In this document: positions 60,400 to 64,000 of the stretch, piece by piece
How the letters are laid out: the number at the start of each line of letters is the position of its first letter
How positions within the stretch are numbered: position 1 is the first letter of the stretch
Source of the DNA: Nemertoderma westbladi
Taxonomy: Eukaryota > Animalia > Xenacoelomorpha
Direction of reading: 5' to 3'
DNA length: 64,000 bases
NCBI GenBank assembly: GCA_032718475.1
Contig: JAUCBJ010009006.1
Coordinates: 1-64,000, forward strand
Program-made: the position numbers and the translations under genes
The notes under the pieces: model-generated
What the model saw: only the letters and a program-made list of their open reading frames with translations
What the model was told of the DNA's origin: nothing
Databases searched by the model: none

Positions 60400-63355
60400 T
60401 TTTATCCGCTGAGACATACCGAATTACCTTTCAGCGACCTTTTTATCCACTGAGACATAAAAATTATCTTTCAGCAACCTTTTTATCCGCTGAGACATAC
60501 AAAATTATCTTTCAGCGACCTTTTTATCCGCTGAGACATACAAAATTATCTTTCAGCGGCCTTTTTATCCGCTGAATTCTCTTTCAGCGGCCTTTTTATC
60601 CACTGAGACATACAAAATTATCTTTCAGCGGCCTTTTTATCCGCTGAATTCTCTTTCAGCGACCTTTTTATCCGCTGAGACATACAGAATTATCTTTCAG
60701 CGACCTTTTTATCCGCTGAGACATACAAAATTATCTTTCAGCGACCTTTTTATCCGCTGAGACATACAAAATTATCTTTCAGCGGCCTTTTTATCCGCTG
60801 AATTATCTTTCAGCGGCCTTTTTATCCGCTGAATTATCTTTCAGTGGCCTTTTTATCCGCTGAGACATACAAAATTCTCTTTCAGCGGCCTTTTTATCCG
60901 CTGAGACATACAGAATTCTGTTTCAGCGACCTTTTTATCCGTTGAGACATACAAAATTCTCTTTCAGCGACCTTTTTATCCGCTGAGACATACAAAATTA
61001 TCTTTCAGCGGCCTTTTTATCCGCTGAGACATACAGAATTCTGTTTCAGCGACCTTTTTATCCATTGAGACATACGCAATTCTCTTTCAGCGACCTTTTT
61101 ATCCGCTGAGACATACAAAATTATCTTTCAGCGACCTTTTTATCCGCTGAGACATACAAAATTCTCTTTCAGCGGCCTTTTTATCCGCTGAGACATACAA
61201 AATTCTCTTTCAGCGGCCTTTTTATCCGCTGAGACATACAGAATTCTGTTTCAGCGACCTTTTTATCCGTTGAGACATACAAAATTCTCTTTCAGCAAAC
61301 TTTTTATCCACTGAGACATACAAAATTATCTTTCAGCGGCCTTTTTATCCGCTGAGACATACAGAATTCTGTTTCAGCGACCTTTTTATCCACTGAGACA
61401 TACAAAATTCTCTTTCAGCGGCCTTTTTATCCGCTGAGACATACAGAATTCTGTTTCAGCGACCTTTTTATCCGTTGAGACATACAAAATTCTCTTTCAG
61501 CGACCTTTTTATCCGCTGAGACATACAGAATTCTGTTTCAGCGACCTTTTTATCCGTTGAGACATACAAAATTCTCTTTCAGCAACCTTTTTATCCGCTG
61601 AGACATACAAAATTCTCTTTCAGCGGCCTTTTTATCCGCTGAGACATACAAAATTCTCTTTCAGCGGCCTTTTTATCCGCTGAGACATACAGAATTCTGT
61701 TTCAGCGACCTTTTTATCCATTGAGACATACAAAATTCTCTTTCAGCGGCCTTTTTATCCGCCGAGACATACAAAATTATCTTTCAGCAAACTTTTTATC
61801 CGCTGAGACATACAAAATTATCTTTCAGCGACCTTTTTATCCGCTGAGACATACAAAATTCTCTTTCAGCGGCCTTTTTATCTGCTGAGACATACAAAAT
61901 TCTCTTTCAGCGGCCTTTTTATCCGCTGAGACATACAGAATTCTGTTTCAGCGACCTTTTTATCCGTTGAGACATACAAAATTCTCTTTCAGCGACCTTT
62001 TTATCCGCCGAGACATACAAAATTATCTTTCAGCAAACTTTTTATCCGCTGAGACATACAAAATTATCTTTCAGCGACCTTTTTATCCGCTGAGACATAC
62101 AAAATTATCTTTCAGCGGCCTTTTTATCCGCTGAGACATACAGAATTCTGTTTCAGCGACCTTTTTATCCATTGAGACATACAAAATTCTCTTTCAGCGG
62201 CCTTTTTATCCGCCGAGACATACAAAATTATCTTTCAGCAAACTTTTTATCCGCTGAGACATACAAAATTATCTTTCAGCGACCTTTTTATCCGCTGAGA
62301 CATACAAAATTCTCTTCCAGCGACCTTTTTATCCGCTGAGACATACAAAATTTTCTTTCAGCGACCTTTTTATCCGCTGAGACATATAAAATTATCTTTC
62401 AGTGACCTTTTTATCCGCTGAGTCATACAAAGTTATCTTTCAGTGGCCTTTTTATCCGCTGAGACATACAAAATTCTCTTTCAGCGACCTTTTTATCCGC
62501 TGAGACATACAAAATTCACTTCCAGCCACCTTTTTATCCGCTGAGACATACAAAATTATCTTTCAGCGACCTTTTTATCCGCTGAGACAGACAAAATTAG
62601 CTTTCAGCGGCCTTTTTATCCGCTGAGTCATACAAAGTTATCTTTCAGTGGCCTTTTTATCCGCTGAGACATACAAAATTCTCTTTCAGCGACCTTTTTA
62701 TCCGCTGAGACATACAAAATTCACTTCCAGCGACCTTTTTATCCGCTGAGACATACAAAATTATCTTTCAGCGACCTTTTTATCCGCTGAGACATACAAA
62801 ATTATCTTTCAGCGACCTTTTTATCCGCTGAAACATACAAAATTCTCTTCCAGCGACCTTTTTATCCGCGGAGACATACAAAAATCCTTCAGCGACCTTT
62901 TTATCTGCTGAGACATACAAAATTATCTTTCAGCGACCTTTTTATCTGCTGGACATACAAAATTATCTTTCAGCGACCTTTTTATCCGCTGAGACATACA
63001 AAATTCGCTTTCAGCTGCCTTTTTATCCGCTGAGTCATACAAAATAATTATCTTTCAGCAACCTTTTTATCCGCTGAGACATACAAAATTATCTTTCAGT
63101 GGCCTTTTTATCCGCTGAGACATACAGAATTCTCTTTCAGCGGCTTTTTTATCCGCTGAGACATACCAAATTCTTTTTCAGCGGTCTTTATATCTGCTGA
63201 AACATACAAAATTCGCTTTCAGCGGCCATTTTATCTGCTGAGTCATACAAAATTCGCTTTAAGTGGCCTTTTTTATCTGCTGAGACATACAAAATTCTCT
63301 TTCAGTGGCCTTTTTATCCGCTGAGACATACAGAATTATCTTTCAGCGGCTTTTT
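60400..63355. repeat. 41-bp satellite array 9 (terminal, ~72 monomers), degenerating toward its 3' edge
   Basis: Monomers after ~62300 accumulate private substitutions and indels; followed by unique sequence rather than spacer. Confidence 0.95.
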
Positions 63356-64000
63356 ACAATACCAAATTTATTTAAATCCATGGAATACTAACAATTTTAT
63401 AGACAAAAGAAGGAAAATTGTTTTTTTTACCCCCAATGACTATACTTCTAATTGATAAGAAAATACTATTTCAAACATAATATTTCAGTAACATTTGGGT
63501 TAACATTAATTGTTTTCTTACATAACAATTTGTGAAACAGTGTTCGCGTTATTTCCATTTTGACACCGGGTATCCATCAAATTTACAAACTATTCCCAAA
63601 TGAAATTTCCAAATATACCCGGGCATAGTGGGCAAAAAACTAGAAGTTATAAAACCCAAAATTATTCGATTACGGGCTGTCTTTCTGGAAGGCTGACCAC
63701 TAAATTGTCGGCTTTTCAAAGTTAAAAGGTTGCCCGGAAGTGCAAGGAATCAAGTACTTGGCTTCAGGTAGAGTTCCTGACAGCCTAACCTAGGCTGTGC
63801 CAAGTGCGAAGGGACAACCTATTCCCCAGTGGGTTATTTTTGTTGTGTGGAGTATGATCCTGAAAGGGACTTGGAAACAAACAGACCATACCAGGAGGCC
63901 ATGCAGCGGGAAGGGAACCTGACTTTGGACTGCCTGTGTGGTGCACTAGTTCACTGTGTGTAGTATGAGCCTGAAAAGAATTCGGAAACAATTGGCATAG

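Larger units (their letters stand above)
17344..63355. repeat. Composite macrosatellite: [41-bp satellite array + ~1.64-kb spacer] x8 plus terminal array
   Basis: Spacer ORF translations recur nearly identically at 20448, 25544, 29980, 33194, 37927, 41977, 45075 and 59402. Unit length varies with array copy number. Confidence 0.97.

Noticed and set aside
17376-63355. CRISPR array (palindromic ~40-bp repeats)
   Set aside because: Monomers are head-to-tail with no unique spacers, there are no cas genes, and the context is eukaryotic.

Overview
Eukaryotic, AT-rich, gene-free heterochromatin-like window made almost entirely of nested mobile elements and a composite tandem repeat. In order: (1) an intact, GC-rich Ty3/Gypsy (Mag-like) LTR retrotransposon (1-4834) whose RT catalytic motif reads IVED instead of YxDD; (2) a CAA/GAG low-complexity tract and a MITE-like remnant; (3) a degenerate BEL/Pao element (7017-17343; 5' LTR not visible); (4) a macrosatellite (17344-63355) of nine arrays of a 41-bp palindromic monomer separated by eight near-identical ~1.64-kb spacers, each built from a Mutator-like MITE, a poly-G tract and a LINE 3' fragment; (5) a young, non-autonomous BEL/Pao element on the minus strand (47210-59332; 1251-bp LTRs, GCCCG TSD) inserted into spacer 8. 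The last element is the most unusual feature. It has lost RT and integrase through frame-preserving deletions and has no tRNA PBS (an 11-nt LTR-complementary sequence sits there instead). Its 3' region carries an accessory ORF with three zinc-knuckle-like motifs, preceded by a ~120-nt G-U-rich RNA hairpin. All family assignments come from motif recognition by eye; no database searches were run.
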